Shown: piece after piece, positions 40,649 through 50,264 of the stretch | How positions within the stretch are numbered: position 1 is the first letter of the stretch | Layout of the letters: every line of letters begins with the position of its first letter | Origin: an uncultured Actinomycetes bacterium | GTDB taxonomy: Bacteria; Actinomycetota; Thermoleophilia; UBA2241 | Reading direction: 5' to 3' | DNA length: 64,000 bases | Assembly: GCA_963725665.1 (NCBI GenBank) | Contig: CAVRZA010000001.1 | Span: 96,001-160,000 of the forward strand | The notes under the pieces: generated by a model | Seen by the model: only the letters and a program-made list of their open reading frames with translations | Database searches by the model: none | What the model was told of the DNA's origin: nothing | Translations under genes and position numbers: made by a program

Positions 40649-41580
40649 GCGGGAGCGGCCTCGAGCTAGGCGAAGGGATCATCGGCCCCGGCTTCGAGGA
40701 GGTGCCGGCGCCGAGCGCCCGGGGCGTCCGCCGCCGCCGGGAGTGGGTGCAGCTGCTGCGCGACGCCCTCCACTACCGGCGCACGCAGGTCGGTCTGGCG
40801 CTGTTCCTCTTCATCGCCGCCCTAGCCGCATTTGGCCCTCTTGTGGCGCCGCACTCGCCGTATGAGTTCATCACGGCGCCCTTCGCTGCCCCTTCGGCCG
40901 TTGCCCGCTTGGGCGGCGACAACCTCGGCCGTGACGTGCTTTCCCGCGTGCTCTACGGTGGCCGCTCGGTGCTCATTCTCTCAATCATCGCCACCGCCGT
41001 GGGCATGATTATCGGCGTCTCTCTGGGCCTCATCGCCGGCTACGCCCGGGAGGCCGTCGACGACGTCATCATGCGCCTGCTCGACGTGCTGCTCGCCTTC
41101 CCGCAGATCGTCTTCGTGCTCTTGCTGGTCTCGGTGCTCGGGCCGCGCCTGTGGCTCATCGTGCTCACTGTGGGCCTCTCGCACGCGCCCCGCATTGCGC
41201 GCGTGATACGCGGCGCTGCGCTGGACGTCAGGGAGCGCGACTTCGTCAAGGCGGCCGAGTCGCTGGGGGTCTCGCGATTGAAGATTCTTCTTGGGGAGAT
41301 CCTGCCCATGATCACAAGCCCCCTGCTGGTGGAGTTCGGCCTGCGCCTGACCTACTCCGTCGGGATCATCGCCGCCCTCTCCTTCCTGGGCTTCGGCCTG
41401 CAGCCGCCCTCGGCCGACTGGGGCTTAATGATCAATGAGAACCGCATGGGTCTGGCCATCCAGCCGTACTCCGTCTTCGTGCCCGTCGCCCTGATCGCCG
41501 TGCTTACCATCGGCGTCAACCTGGCCACCGACGGCTTGACGCGGGCCATGATCGGCATCGAGCGAGACACGGGGGCATGA
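40645..41580 (+). CDS. Peptide/nickel ABC permease (DppC-like)
   Basis: LGRDVLSRVLYGGR, FVKAAESLG, LSFLGFG.QPP..DWG. Confidence 0.93.
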   Translation: MSGSGLELGEGIIGPGFEEVPAPSARGVRRRREWVQLLRDALHYRRTQVGLALFLFIAALAAFGPLVAPHSPYEFITAPFAAPSAVARLGGDNLGRDVLSRVLYGGRSVLILSIIATAVGMIIGVSLGLIAGYAREAVDDVIMRLLDVLLAFPQIVFVLLLVSVLGPRLWLIVLTVGLSHAPRIARVIRGAALDVRERDFVKAAESLGVSRLKILLGEILPMITSPLLVEFGLRLTYSVGIIAALSFLGFGLQPPSADWGLMINENRMGLAIQPYSVFVPVALIAVLTIGVNLATDGLTRAMIGIERDTGA

Positions 41581-43388
41581 TGAACGACGGCCTGCCAGAC
41601 GGCATTGTGATGACCGTCAGAGACCTGCGCGTCGAGCTCGATCCGTCCGGCACCGAGATCGACGACGGGGTCTGCTTCGAGCTCCGCCAGGGCGAGGTCC
41701 TCGGGTTGGTGGGAGAGTCGGCCTCCGGCAAGACGACGGCGGCGACCTCGCTGCTTGCGTTCCAGCGTCGCGGTGCCCGTATCGCCGCCGGCGACATCGA
41801 CATCGACGGCAAGGACGTGCTCAAGGTGGGCGGCGGCGGCCTGCGTCAGCTCCGCGGCGGGACCATCTCGTACGTCCCTCAGGACCCCGGGTCCGCTTTG
41901 AACCCGGCGCTGCGCATCGGCACCCAGCTCAAGGATATCCTCGAGGCGCACTCGTTCGGTGCCTCCGAGGAAGAGCGTCGCGGGCGCATCAAGGAGATGA
42001 TGGCCGAGGTGCTGCTGCCGAGTGACCGCGAGTTCCTGCGGCGCTACCCGCATCAGCTGTCGGGAGGACAGCAGCAGCGGGTAGCGCTCGCCATGGCCTT
42101 CGCCTGCCGTCCCAAGGTGATCGTCCTCGACGAGCCCACGACCGGTCTCGACGTCACCACGCAGGCGCACGTGCTAGACACCATCCGCGATATGACGAAA
42201 GCGCACCGCGTGGCCGCCGTGTACGTCACACATGACCTGGCGGTCGTGGCGAACCTCGCCGAACGCATCGCTGTCATGTACGCCGGCCGCATCGTGGAGA
42301 TCGGACCCAAGGAGCGCCTCTTCGGCGGCGCCAGCCACCCGTACACCCGGCGTCTGCTGGCCTCCATCCCGACCATCAGCGGGAGCCGCGCGCTGCGCGG
42401 CATCCCCGGCTTCGCCCCGCGACCGGGCCGCCGTCCGCGCGGCTGCCCCTTCGCACCACGATGCGATCAGGTGGTCGACAAGTGCCGCGCCGAGATGCCA
42501 CCCGAGACGCTGGTATCTGCGAACCACAACGTGCGCTGCTGGCGTGCCGAGGAGGTCGCGCTTCTGCCTCCCACCGGCAAGGACGCTAGCCCGGACGAGG
42601 CGCGCGACGTCATCGGCGTGGAAGAGATCATCGCCGTGCGCGGGGTGACTGTGTGGTACGGCGCGCGCGAGGTGCTGCACGACGTCACCATCAGCGTGCG
42701 CCCGCGCCAGTGCCTCGCTTTGGTCGGCGAGTCGGGCAGCGGCAAGACGACCCTGGCGCGCTGCATCGCCGGACTGCACCCATTCAAGATCGTCGGCGAC
42801 ATCGCCTTTCGGGGCAAGGCTCTGCCGCGCAGCGCGCGGCAGCGCCCGATAGCCATCCGTCACGCCATCCAGTACGTCTTCCAAAACCCCTACAGCTCGC
42901 TGAACCCGCGCAAGACCGTCGGGCAGATCCTTACGCAGCCGCTCTCTATCTTCTTTGACTTGAGCCGCGACGAACGCGAGCAGCGCCTCTCGCACATCCT
43001 CGGCCTGGTGTCGCTCGACGAGACACTCCTCGGCCGCTACCCGGACCAGCTCTCCGGCGGCGAGCGCCAGCGCGTCGCAATCGCCCGGGCCCTCGCCGCC
43101 GAGCCCACTGTACTCGTCTGTGACGAAGTGACCTCGTGGCTCGACGTTTCGGTGCAGGCGACGATCGTCGAGCTGCTCGTCAAGCTGCAGAGCGAGATCG
43201 GCCTCTCGATGCTCTTCGTGACCCACAACCTGGCGCTCATCAGGAGCGTAGCCCAGGAGGTCGCGGTGATGAGCGAGGGGCGCATCGTTGAATATGGCGA
43301 GGTCGACGAGGTGCTGGCCGACCCGCAGGCCGACTACACGAAGAAGCTGCTCTCGGACACGCCGACCATCGAGGCCGTCTCCGCCTGA
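41577..43388 (+). CDS. Fused dual ABC ATPase (DppD/F-like)
   Basis: Two Walker A motifs (GESASGKT, GESGSGKT), LSGGQ/LSGGE, CPFAPRC. Confidence 0.94.
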   Translation: MMNDGLPDGIVMTVRDLRVELDPSGTEIDDGVCFELRQGEVLGLVGESASGKTTAATSLLAFQRRGARIAAGDIDIDGKDVLKVGGGGLRQLRGGTISYVPQDPGSALNPALRIGTQLKDILEAHSFGASEEERRGRIKEMMAEVLLPSDREFLRRYPHQLSGGQQQRVALAMAFACRPKVIVLDEPTTGLDVTTQAHVLDTIRDMTKAHRVAAVYVTHDLAVVANLAERIAVMYAGRIVEIGPKERLFGGASHPYTRRLLASIPTISGSRALRGIPGFAPRPGRRPRGCPFAPRCDQVVDKCRAEMPPETLVSANHNVRCWRAEEVALLPPTGKDASPDEARDVIGVEEIIAVRGVTVWYGAREVLHDVTISVRPRQCLALVGESGSGKTTLARCIAGLHPFKIVGDIAFRGKALPRSARQRPIAIRHAIQYVFQNPYSSLNPRKTVGQILTQPLSIFFDLSRDEREQRLSHILGLVSLDETLLGRYPDQLSGGERQRVAIARALAAEPTVLVCDEVTSWLDVSVQATIVELLVKLQSEIGLSMLFVTHNLALIRSVAQEVAVMSEGRIVEYGEVDEVLADPQADYTKKLLSDTPTIEAVSA

Positions 43389-43498
43389 GGCGAATGCGCA
43401 ACGCTCGCTGTCGCGGCCACCGGGCGCCCGGCTGTTGGCCGGGAGCGGAGCGCGCTGTCGGCGAGGTCGACCGTGAGTGACAGGACCAGAGGAGGGTC

Positions 43499-43633
43499 AT
43501 GTTGACGCAGACCAAGTCGCTCTCGACGGCCGAGAAGCAGCTCATCTACGAGGAGCCTCTGGGCCCGCTCGAGCGCGTGTGGGTGCGAATGGCCGGGTCA
43601 ACCTGGCCACCGACGACCTGGCGTGGGCGATAA
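43499..43633 (+). pseudogene. Truncated N-terminal fragment of a fifth MttB-family gene
   Basis: GGAGG RBS, then MLTQTKSLSTAEKQLIYEEPLGPLERVWVRM, which aligns with TTAEQRALICEQALGLLERTGMR of the 45217 paralog. Confidence 0.7.
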
Positions 43634-43670
43634 GGGCCGTGGTCGGCATCGTGCGCGACAAGGGGGCGTG

Positions 43671-45203
43671 ATGAATCGAGGGGTGTACTGGATGGGGGGC
43701 GACAGCCGGTGGGATCCAGCGCCGCCGATGACGCCCCTGACACGACGCCTTCGCGCGGACATTTGCATCGTCGGTGGAGGCTTCACGGGTCTCTGGTCGG
43801 CCCTGGATCTGAAGCGTCTGGCGCCCGAGGTCGAGGTGGTGGTCGTCGAGCAGCAGTTCTGCGGCTCAGGAGCGTCAGGACGAAACGGCGGCTGGGTGAA
43901 CGGCTGGGAAGACGCGCTGCCCAAGCTCACGGGACTGTTCGGACGCGACGAGGGGCTCGGCGTGCTGGAGCTTTCACGCCAGAGCCTCGGGCGCCTGAGA
44001 GAGGTCGTGGAAGAAGGAGAGATCGAATGCGACCTGGCTTTTGGAGGAGGCCTCGTCGTGGCGGCTTCGGAGGCGCAGCTGCGGGAGCTCGAGGGGACGA
44101 TCACCTCGTTGGCGGCCGCCGGAAAGGATGATCTGATCCAGCCGCTGTCCAAAGAGGAAGCTGTGTCGATGTCGGGCGTGCAGCGGGCTGTGGGTGGGTT
44201 CGTGCTCAAGAACGCCGGGAGCGTGCAACCGGCCCTCCTTGCGCTGGGATTGCGCCGTCTCGTCATCGAGGCCGGCGTGAAGGTCTTCGAGGCCACTCCC
44301 ATGGTGGACCTGCGACGGGGGCTGCCGGCCGTCGTCGAGACCCCGGCAGGTTCGGTCGTGGCTGACAAGGTCATCCTCGCCTGCGGGTCGTGGCTGGCGC
44401 GCGTAGCGGAACTGCGCCGCACGCTGTTTCTGATCCCCGCACACATCGTGGCCACGGAACCCTCGGCGCAGCGCCTCGACGAGATCGGCTGGCTGCGCGG
44501 CAGGCCGTTTGCCGACGCGCGCACGGCGGTTCACTACGGACAGCGGACGGCCGACGATCGAATGGTTTTCGGTCGAGGGGGTGGCCGGTTGGGGTTTGCC
44601 GGGCGCATCATCCCGAGGCACTATCACGACCCGCATGAGACGGCGGAGATCGTCGACGATCTCCGCCGTCTCATGCCGACGATGGCAGCTGCGCAGATCG
44701 AGTGGGCCTGGGGCGGCCCCGTCGACCGCAGTCAGCACGGCATGCCATGGGTGGGGTCTCTGGGGCGACAGCGCAACATCCACTACGGTGTGGGGTACTG
44801 CGGCAACGGCGTCGCCTCGGCGCCGGTCATCGGCCGCACGCTGGCATCGTTGACCTTGGGCCTCGACGACGAGTACTCGAGATCCCCTCTCGTCTCCGAC
44901 CCGCCGACGTACCTGCCCGCCGAACCGGTGAGATACGTGGGCGCTCGAGCGGTCCGTAGCGCCGTGAACCGTTGCGAGGACAAGGAGGACGCAGGTCTCA
45001 AGCCGGACCCCGTCTCCGGCCTGCTGCGGCGAGCCCTGACCCTCTCGATGCCGAAGGGGGTTCAGGTGCTACCGCTGGCGGCACAGCTCGCGGCATCGAA
45101 GGGCGCGAGGGACGTCGTCGACGACGAGCTCGCGGATGGGGTGAGCGCCGAGGGGGCTCGCAGCGGATCCGACGAGTCACCGAGCAGCGAGGGGTCGAGC
45201 TAA
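43671..45203 (+). CDS. FAD-dependent amine/amino-acid oxidoreductase (DAO family, PuuB-like)
   Basis: IVGGGFTGLW, GASGRNGG, WAWGGP, GYCGNGV. Confidence 0.9.
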   Translation: MNRGVYWMGGDSRWDPAPPMTPLTRRLRADICIVGGGFTGLWSALDLKRLAPEVEVVVVEQQFCGSGASGRNGGWVNGWEDALPKLTGLFGRDEGLGVLELSRQSLGRLREVVEEGEIECDLAFGGGLVVAASEAQLRELEGTITSLAAAGKDDLIQPLSKEEAVSMSGVQRAVGGFVLKNAGSVQPALLALGLRRLVIEAGVKVFEATPMVDLRRGLPAVVETPAGSVVADKVILACGSWLARVAELRRTLFLIPAHIVATEPSAQRLDEIGWLRGRPFADARTAVHYGQRTADDRMVFGRGGGRLGFAGRIIPRHYHDPHETAEIVDDLRRLMPTMAAAQIEWAWGGPVDRSQHGMPWVGSLGRQRNIHYGVGYCGNGVASAPVIGRTLASLTLGLDDEYSRSPLVSDPPTYLPAEPVRYVGARAVRSAVNRCEDKEDAGLKPDPVSGLLRRALTLSMPKGVQVLPLAAQLAASKGARDVVDDELADGVSAEGARSGSDESPSSEGSS

Positions 45204-45216
45204 CCAGGGGGTGGAG

Positions 45217-46668
45217 ATGGCCGTCAAGGTCGAGTGGACGACAGCCGAGCAGCGCGCGCTGATCTGCGAGCAGGCGCTCGGGTTGCTTGAGCGCACGGGC
45301 ATGCGCTTCGGACCCGGGCGGGCGCTCGACGTGCTGGCGGGGTCCGGGGCGCAGGTGGACGTGGAGTCGGGCGTGGCACGGATCACGCCCGATCTCGTCG
45401 AGCGCGCTCTTTCAGCGCTGCCCGAGGTGGTCGTGCTCGGTGGCCGGACGCCCGAAGACGACTGCGTCCTTGACGGCGCGATCCACTTCCTCGACTCCGG
45501 CACCCCGACGCGCACGGTCGACTTCGAGACCGGAGTCTACAGGGCGACGACGGCCGACGACTTGCGCAAAGCGACGATCCTTCTCGAGGCGATGCCCTCG
45601 GTCGACATCATGTGGCCCATCGTGGCGGCCACCGACGTTCCAGGTGAACGGCGCATCCTCACCGAGATCGCGGTCACCCTGACGCAGACGCGCAAGCACG
45701 TGCAGCACGAGCTGGAGGCCATGTGGCAGGTCGAGCCGATCTTGCACATGATGGAGGTCTGCGGGGGCGACCTGAAGGAGCAGCGGTCGCGCCCACGCTT
45801 CAGCCTCGTCTGCTGCACGGCCTCGCCGCTCCAGGCTCACGGACCCATGCTGGACGCCTGCATGGCGATGGCCGACCGGGGGGTCCCGATCGCCGTGCTC
45901 TCGATGCCGGTGTCGGGCGGAACGGCCCCCGTGACGGTCGCGGGCGCCGTCACCATGAACATCGCCGAGTTCCTCGGCGTCGCCACGGCGATCGAGCTCG
46001 CCTGCCCCGGGGCGCCACTCATCCTTGGAGCCGCCCCAGGCACGCTCGACATGAGGGCCACGACGTTCTCCTTCGGCGCCCTCGAGGGCGCCCAGATGAC
46101 GGCCATCGGCGTCGAGGTCGGCCACCACCTCGGCGTGCCGGTGATCGGTCCCGCCGTGGCCACCGACGCGAAACACGCCGGCATCCAGGCAGGCTTCGAG
46201 AAGGCCCTCAGGGGCCTCGTCGTGGCCTCGAGCGGGGCTGACCTGATGACGGGGGGGATTGGCCTGCTCGCGGGCGCCGGCATCCTGTCGCTGCCCCAGA
46301 TCGTGATCGACGACGAGATTGCGCAGATGATCAAGCGCATCCTGGGCGAGGTCGAGATCTCGCCCGAGACGATCATGGCCGACATGATCGAGCGGGTCGG
46401 CTTCAGCGGCGACTACCTGCGCGAGAAGGAAACAAGGAGGCGGGTGCGCGCCGGAGAGCACTTCATGCCCACGATCGCCTCCCGGCTCTCCTACGAGATG
46501 TGGGAGGCCAGCGGGCGTCACGAGTACGACGTCGCCTGCGAGAAGGTGCGGCAGCTCCTAGCCGAGGAGGAGACACGCGAGCCGCTGCTGTCGCACGACC
46601 AGATGCGTGAGCTGGACAAAGTGATCGCATCCGCCGCGTCGCTCGCTTGTCAGCACGGAACCAAGTGA
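45217..46668 (+). CDS. MttB-superfamily methyltransferase, non-pyrrolysine
   Basis: Close paralog of 29160-30587; TDAKHAGIQAGFEK. Confidence 0.92.
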   Translation: MAVKVEWTTAEQRALICEQALGLLERTGMRFGPGRALDVLAGSGAQVDVESGVARITPDLVERALSALPEVVVLGGRTPEDDCVLDGAIHFLDSGTPTRTVDFETGVYRATTADDLRKATILLEAMPSVDIMWPIVAATDVPGERRILTEIAVTLTQTRKHVQHELEAMWQVEPILHMMEVCGGDLKEQRSRPRFSLVCCTASPLQAHGPMLDACMAMADRGVPIAVLSMPVSGGTAPVTVAGAVTMNIAEFLGVATAIELACPGAPLILGAAPGTLDMRATTFSFGALEGAQMTAIGVEVGHHLGVPVIGPAVATDAKHAGIQAGFEKALRGLVVASSGADLMTGGIGLLAGAGILSLPQIVIDDEIAQMIKRILGEVEISPETIMADMIERVGFSGDYLREKETRRRVRAGEHFMPTIASRLSYEMWEASGRHEYDVACEKVRQLLAEEETREPLLSHDQMRELDKVIASAASLACQHGTK

Positions 46669-46772
46669 ACGTGTCACATCCACCGACCGCTGGGGTTGAC
46701 AAGACGCCGCGGCGCCTGAGACAGGCGATGGGAAACTGAATGTGAATCAGGCCGATCAACGGAGGTTGACCT

Positions 46773-48227
46773 ATGCGCGCACGCGTCGAGTGGCTCAGCG
46801 GTCCGGAATGCAGCTGCATTATTGACGAGGCCCTCGGGGTCCTTGAGCAGACCGGCATGCGGCTTGGTGCCTGCCAAGCGCTCAAAGAGCTTGAGACGAC
46901 GGGAGCACAGGTCGATCGGCAAACGGGCGTCGCACGTCTGCCGCGTGATCTCGTGGAAAGCACACTGGCCCACCTCCCGCGCCGCGTCCTTCTGGCGGGG
47001 GCCACTCCGGCCGACGACTGCCTGCTGGACGGCGCGATTCACTTCGTGCCCTCCGGCGCTCCTACCATGACACTCGACTTCGAGACGGGGGAGTACCGGC
47101 CCAGCACACTCGAGGACGTGCGGCGTTCGACTATCGTCGCCGACGCCATGCCCGCAGTCGATATTCTCTGGTCGCTCGTCAGTGCGACCGATCTCCCCGA
47201 GGGCAGCGAGGACTTCATGGGTCTCCTCACCGAACTCGCCTGGAGCAACAAACACGTGCAGGATGGAGTAACGCAGCCTTGGCAGGTGGAGCCCATGCTT
47301 GCCGTGCTGGAGACCCTTTGCGGGGGCCTCGAGGCCTTTCGCGCTCGTCCGCGACTCAGCTTCATCTGTTGTACCACATCCCCGCTGGGGATCGACGGTT
47401 CGCTTCTCGATGCCACCATCGGTGTCGCCCGCCACGGCGCACCCATCCTCATCTACCCGATGCCAATTGCCGGTGCCACCTCTCCGGTGACCGTGGCCGG
47501 CACGGTGGTCATGAACGTGGCCGAGTTCCTCGGCATCGCCACCATCATCGAGCTGGCCGCTCCGGGGGCGCCACTGATCATGGGCGCCGGCACGAGCGTC
47601 CTCGACATGAAGGCAACGACCTTCTCGTTCGGCGCCCTCGAAACGGCACTTATGTGCGTCGCCTGCGTCGAGGTCGCGCACCACCTCGGCGTGCCCGTGC
47701 TTGCTCCAGGACTGGCGAGCGATGCCAAGTATGGGGGCATCCAGGCTGGGTACGAGAAGGCACTCAAGGGGCTCGCGGTCGCGTCGGCTGGCGCGGACTT
47801 GATCACCGGAGGCATCGGGCTGCTCTCGGGCGCCGGCATCATGAGCTTGCCGCAGATTGTCATCGACGCCGAGATCGCCGTCATGATCCGTCGCCTGCTC
47901 GGCGAGACCGAGATCTCACCTGAGACAATGATGGCCGACGCCATCGCACGAGTGGGCTTCAAAGGTGACTACCTGAAGGAGAGGGAGACGGCGCGGCGTT
48001 TGCGCTGCGGCGAGCAGTTCATGCCCGTGATTGCCACGCGGCTCTCACTAGAGGCGTGGCAAGCCGGTGGCAAAGACGAGGCCAGTGTCGCCAGCGAGCG
48101 CGTACGCGAGATCGTCGTTGCCGCCGAGGAACGAGGGCCAGTTCTGCCTCCTGACACCATGGCCCGCCTCAATAGCATCGTTGACGAGGCGGTGACAGCC
48201 ACTCGTCGGGTTCGCGGCCGAGGGTGA
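46773..48227 (+). CDS. MttB-superfamily methyltransferase, non-pyrrolysine
   Basis: GATSPVTVAGTVV..VAEFL, SDAKYGGIQAGYEK. Confidence 0.92.
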   Translation: MRARVEWLSGPECSCIIDEALGVLEQTGMRLGACQALKELETTGAQVDRQTGVARLPRDLVESTLAHLPRRVLLAGATPADDCLLDGAIHFVPSGAPTMTLDFETGEYRPSTLEDVRRSTIVADAMPAVDILWSLVSATDLPEGSEDFMGLLTELAWSNKHVQDGVTQPWQVEPMLAVLETLCGGLEAFRARPRLSFICCTTSPLGIDGSLLDATIGVARHGAPILIYPMPIAGATSPVTVAGTVVMNVAEFLGIATIIELAAPGAPLIMGAGTSVLDMKATTFSFGALETALMCVACVEVAHHLGVPVLAPGLASDAKYGGIQAGYEKALKGLAVASAGADLITGGIGLLSGAGIMSLPQIVIDAEIAVMIRRLLGETEISPETMMADAIARVGFKGDYLKERETARRLRCGEQFMPVIATRLSLEAWQAGGKDEASVASERVREIVVAAEERGPVLPPDTMARLNSIVDEAVTATRRVRGRG

Positions 48228-48492
48228 AGGATGAGAGGCGATCACGGGGGAGAGAAGGGAGGAAGTCGAAGGCTACGGCATCCCTGCGGATGAGAACTTG
48301 GTCTCGAGTCAGTTCTCACACCAGCTCGCAGTCCCAGCCGGTCCTGCGGCCTCACAGCCTGCTAACCTCCGGCAAACGAACGCAATGCGACCAGGTGACG
48401 CCCAGTATCACTCCACACCACTCGATGCCGGTTCCCCACGCTCGTGACCGCACTTCATGACACTCAGCGGCACCTACTAGCACGATACTCGA

Positions 48493-48546
48493 CGCCTTTG
48501 CACGGCGGAGGTCAGGGGTTCGACTCCCCTGCGGTCCACCACCTCG
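48493..48546 (+). repeat. Exact direct repeat of the tRNA-Ala 3' part (att site B)
   Basis: 54/54 identical to 24424-24477; begins in the anticodon stem. Confidence 0.96.
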
Positions 48547-48702
48547 TTTACGCCCGTTTGCAGGCATTCTTACATGCTCGCAGAATGCCCCTCGACCCCC
48601 CAGAACCCCCTCGTGCAGACTTCCGGCAAACGAACGGACCAGGACCAGGAAGTCCCGCAGACCGAGTACTCCATTCTGGGGTTGATGAGTTCGAGTGCGA
48701 GG

Positions 48703-50034
48703 TCACCCACGGGGAGCGGAACGTGTCGTGGCCCTCGCACTGAGCAGTCGGGGGTGGGGTACAACCGCCTTCCCGCCCAGGAAGACGCCTGTGACCGCAT
48801 CGGGAGAGAGGAAGCACGAGAGGTCGCCTGGGTCGGTGTCGAGCATGATCGCGTCAAAGATGCAGCCAGGCGCGATACGACCCTGGTTGTGGTCCACGCC
48901 GCACAGCTGGGCACCGCGCAAGGTCGCTGCCAGTAGCGCCTCTTCGACTGATAGGCCCGCTTGGTGAAGGTAGGCGATCTCAGCGAGGTTCGTACCGTGG
49001 TCCTCCGCGTTGGCGAAATCGCTACCCAGAGCAATCGGGACGCCGACGTCGTGCGCGAGTTGCACGCATTGTCCGAGACGGGGAGCAACGTCAGCGACCC
49101 CCTCACGGACCGCGGGGGGGAATGATTCTGGCTGCGCCTGCACCATCTCAACAATCCTGTGGTAGGTAACGAGTGAAGGAACCAAGCAGATGTTGTCGGT
49201 GGCCATGCAGGCTGCCTGGCGCTCGTTGAGGTGGATACCGTGCTCGATCGAACGCACCCCGGCTTCGAGCGCGACGTCGATTCCAGCGCTTCCTACCGCG
49301 TGCGCCATCACCCCACGGTTTCGCTTGGCTGCCTCGCGCACGGCAACGGCAACCTCTTCGACGCTCAGCTGTGCTTCACTTGACGCCTGCGCCCCTGCGA
49401 ATACGCCGCCGCTTGTGCACACCTTGATCCAGTCCGCCCCGGCACGCAGAACCTCGCGCACGGCGCGGCGCATCTCGTCCTCGCCGTCGACGATGAAGGG
49501 TGGACGCCCCGGGGCGGCGGGCAGGAAGTCCTCGACCGAGATTGGCATCCCTGGACCGACCAGGAAGCCGTCGGCGTGGCCTCCGGTCTGGCTGAGCATG
49601 ACGATCGAGATCTCGAGATGAGGTCCCTCGATTAGGCCGTCCTCGACCCCTGCGCGCAGGCCCGCATCGGCACCCCCCGCATCGCGGACGTGGGTAACGC
49701 CGGCTGCTAGAGTGGCGCGAAGATTGCGGGCTGCTTGGAGAGCGCGCAGCGATAGCGGCGTCTGCAGGTTCTCAAGGGTGTTCGTCGACGACATCCCAAT
49801 GTGGACGTGACAGTCGAAAACGCCCGGCATCAGCCACAGGCCGCCTCCATCGACCTGGACAGCTCCTTCGGGAGCCTTGCTCTTGGGTGCGACGGCGACG
49901 ATGATGCCGTCTTCGACGACCACATCTAGTGGGTCGCTGAAGCTCCCGCTCGCGTCGAGGGCGCGCACCCCGCGCAAGACAAGTGCCTGCTCTTTGGGAG
50001 GGCCGCTGCCGCTCCTTGTGTTCGTTCCTGTCAC
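48703..50034 (-). CDS. Metal-dependent amidohydrolase (Xaa-Pro dipeptidase-like subgroup)
   Basis: MPGVFDCHVH, GVTHVRDAGG, TGGHAD, WIKV, AHA, SIEHG, GSD. Confidence 0.92.
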   Translation of the reverse strand: MTGTNTRSGSGPPKEQALVLRGVRALDASGSFSDPLDVVVEDGIIVAVAPKSKAPEGAVQVDGGGLWLMPGVFDCHVHIGMSSTNTLENLQTPLSLRALQAARNLRATLAAGVTHVRDAGGADAGLRAGVEDGLIEGPHLEISIVMLSQTGGHADGFLVGPGMPISVEDFLPAAPGRPPFIVDGEDEMRRAVREVLRAGADWIKVCTSGGVFAGAQASSEAQLSVEEVAVAVREAAKRNRGVMAHAVGSAGIDVALEAGVRSIEHGIHLNERQAACMATDNICLVPSLVTYHRIVEMVQAQPESFPPAVREGVADVAPRLGQCVQLAHDVGVPIALGSDFANAEDHGTNLAEIAYLHQAGLSVEEALLAATLRGAQLCGVDHNQGRIAPGCIFDAIMLDTDPGDLSCFLSPDAVTGVFLGGKAVVPHPRLLSARATTRSAPRG

Positions 50035-50264
50035 GGCGAACTCGGGTAGGGATTGTCAGTCACCAGCCTGGCTCCCACCAGTCACTGCTCGCGCCAGTCC
50101 TCAGTGACCGCTCTCAGCGTCGCGAATCATACGCCTGGACACCCTGCCAACAGTTTCACAGGACTCTTCTGCTTGTCACCGTGATGGCCAAAGTCGTCGT
50201 TCCCAGGCGGTGTTCTGGCACCTTCCTCAGCCGCGCCTCGCGCACTGGTGCTGGCGACGCTGCC

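Larger units (their letters stand above)
24473..48541. mobile_element. Composite genomic island 1 at tRNA-Ala (no intact integrase)
   Basis: Bounded by the tRNA and a 54-bp exact repeat of 24424-24477 at 48493-48546; internal decayed att copies; much of the cargo is visibly less GC-biased than the backbone. Confidence 0.85.

Noticed and set aside
29160-48227. Pyrrolysine or selenocysteine recoding in the MttB genes
   Set aside because: All four ORFs are open through the Pyl-equivalent position (Ala/Val); no in-frame TAG or TGA and no pyl genes in the window.
48493-48541. Second functional tRNA-Ala (also at 60248)
   Set aside because: Both copies lack the 5' acceptor strand and the D arm; they are att fragments.
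50111-50130. Minus-strand MIRDAES matching the GntR N-terminus at 56062
   Set aside because: Only 15/20 nt match, followed by an early stop; cannot be distinguished from chance.
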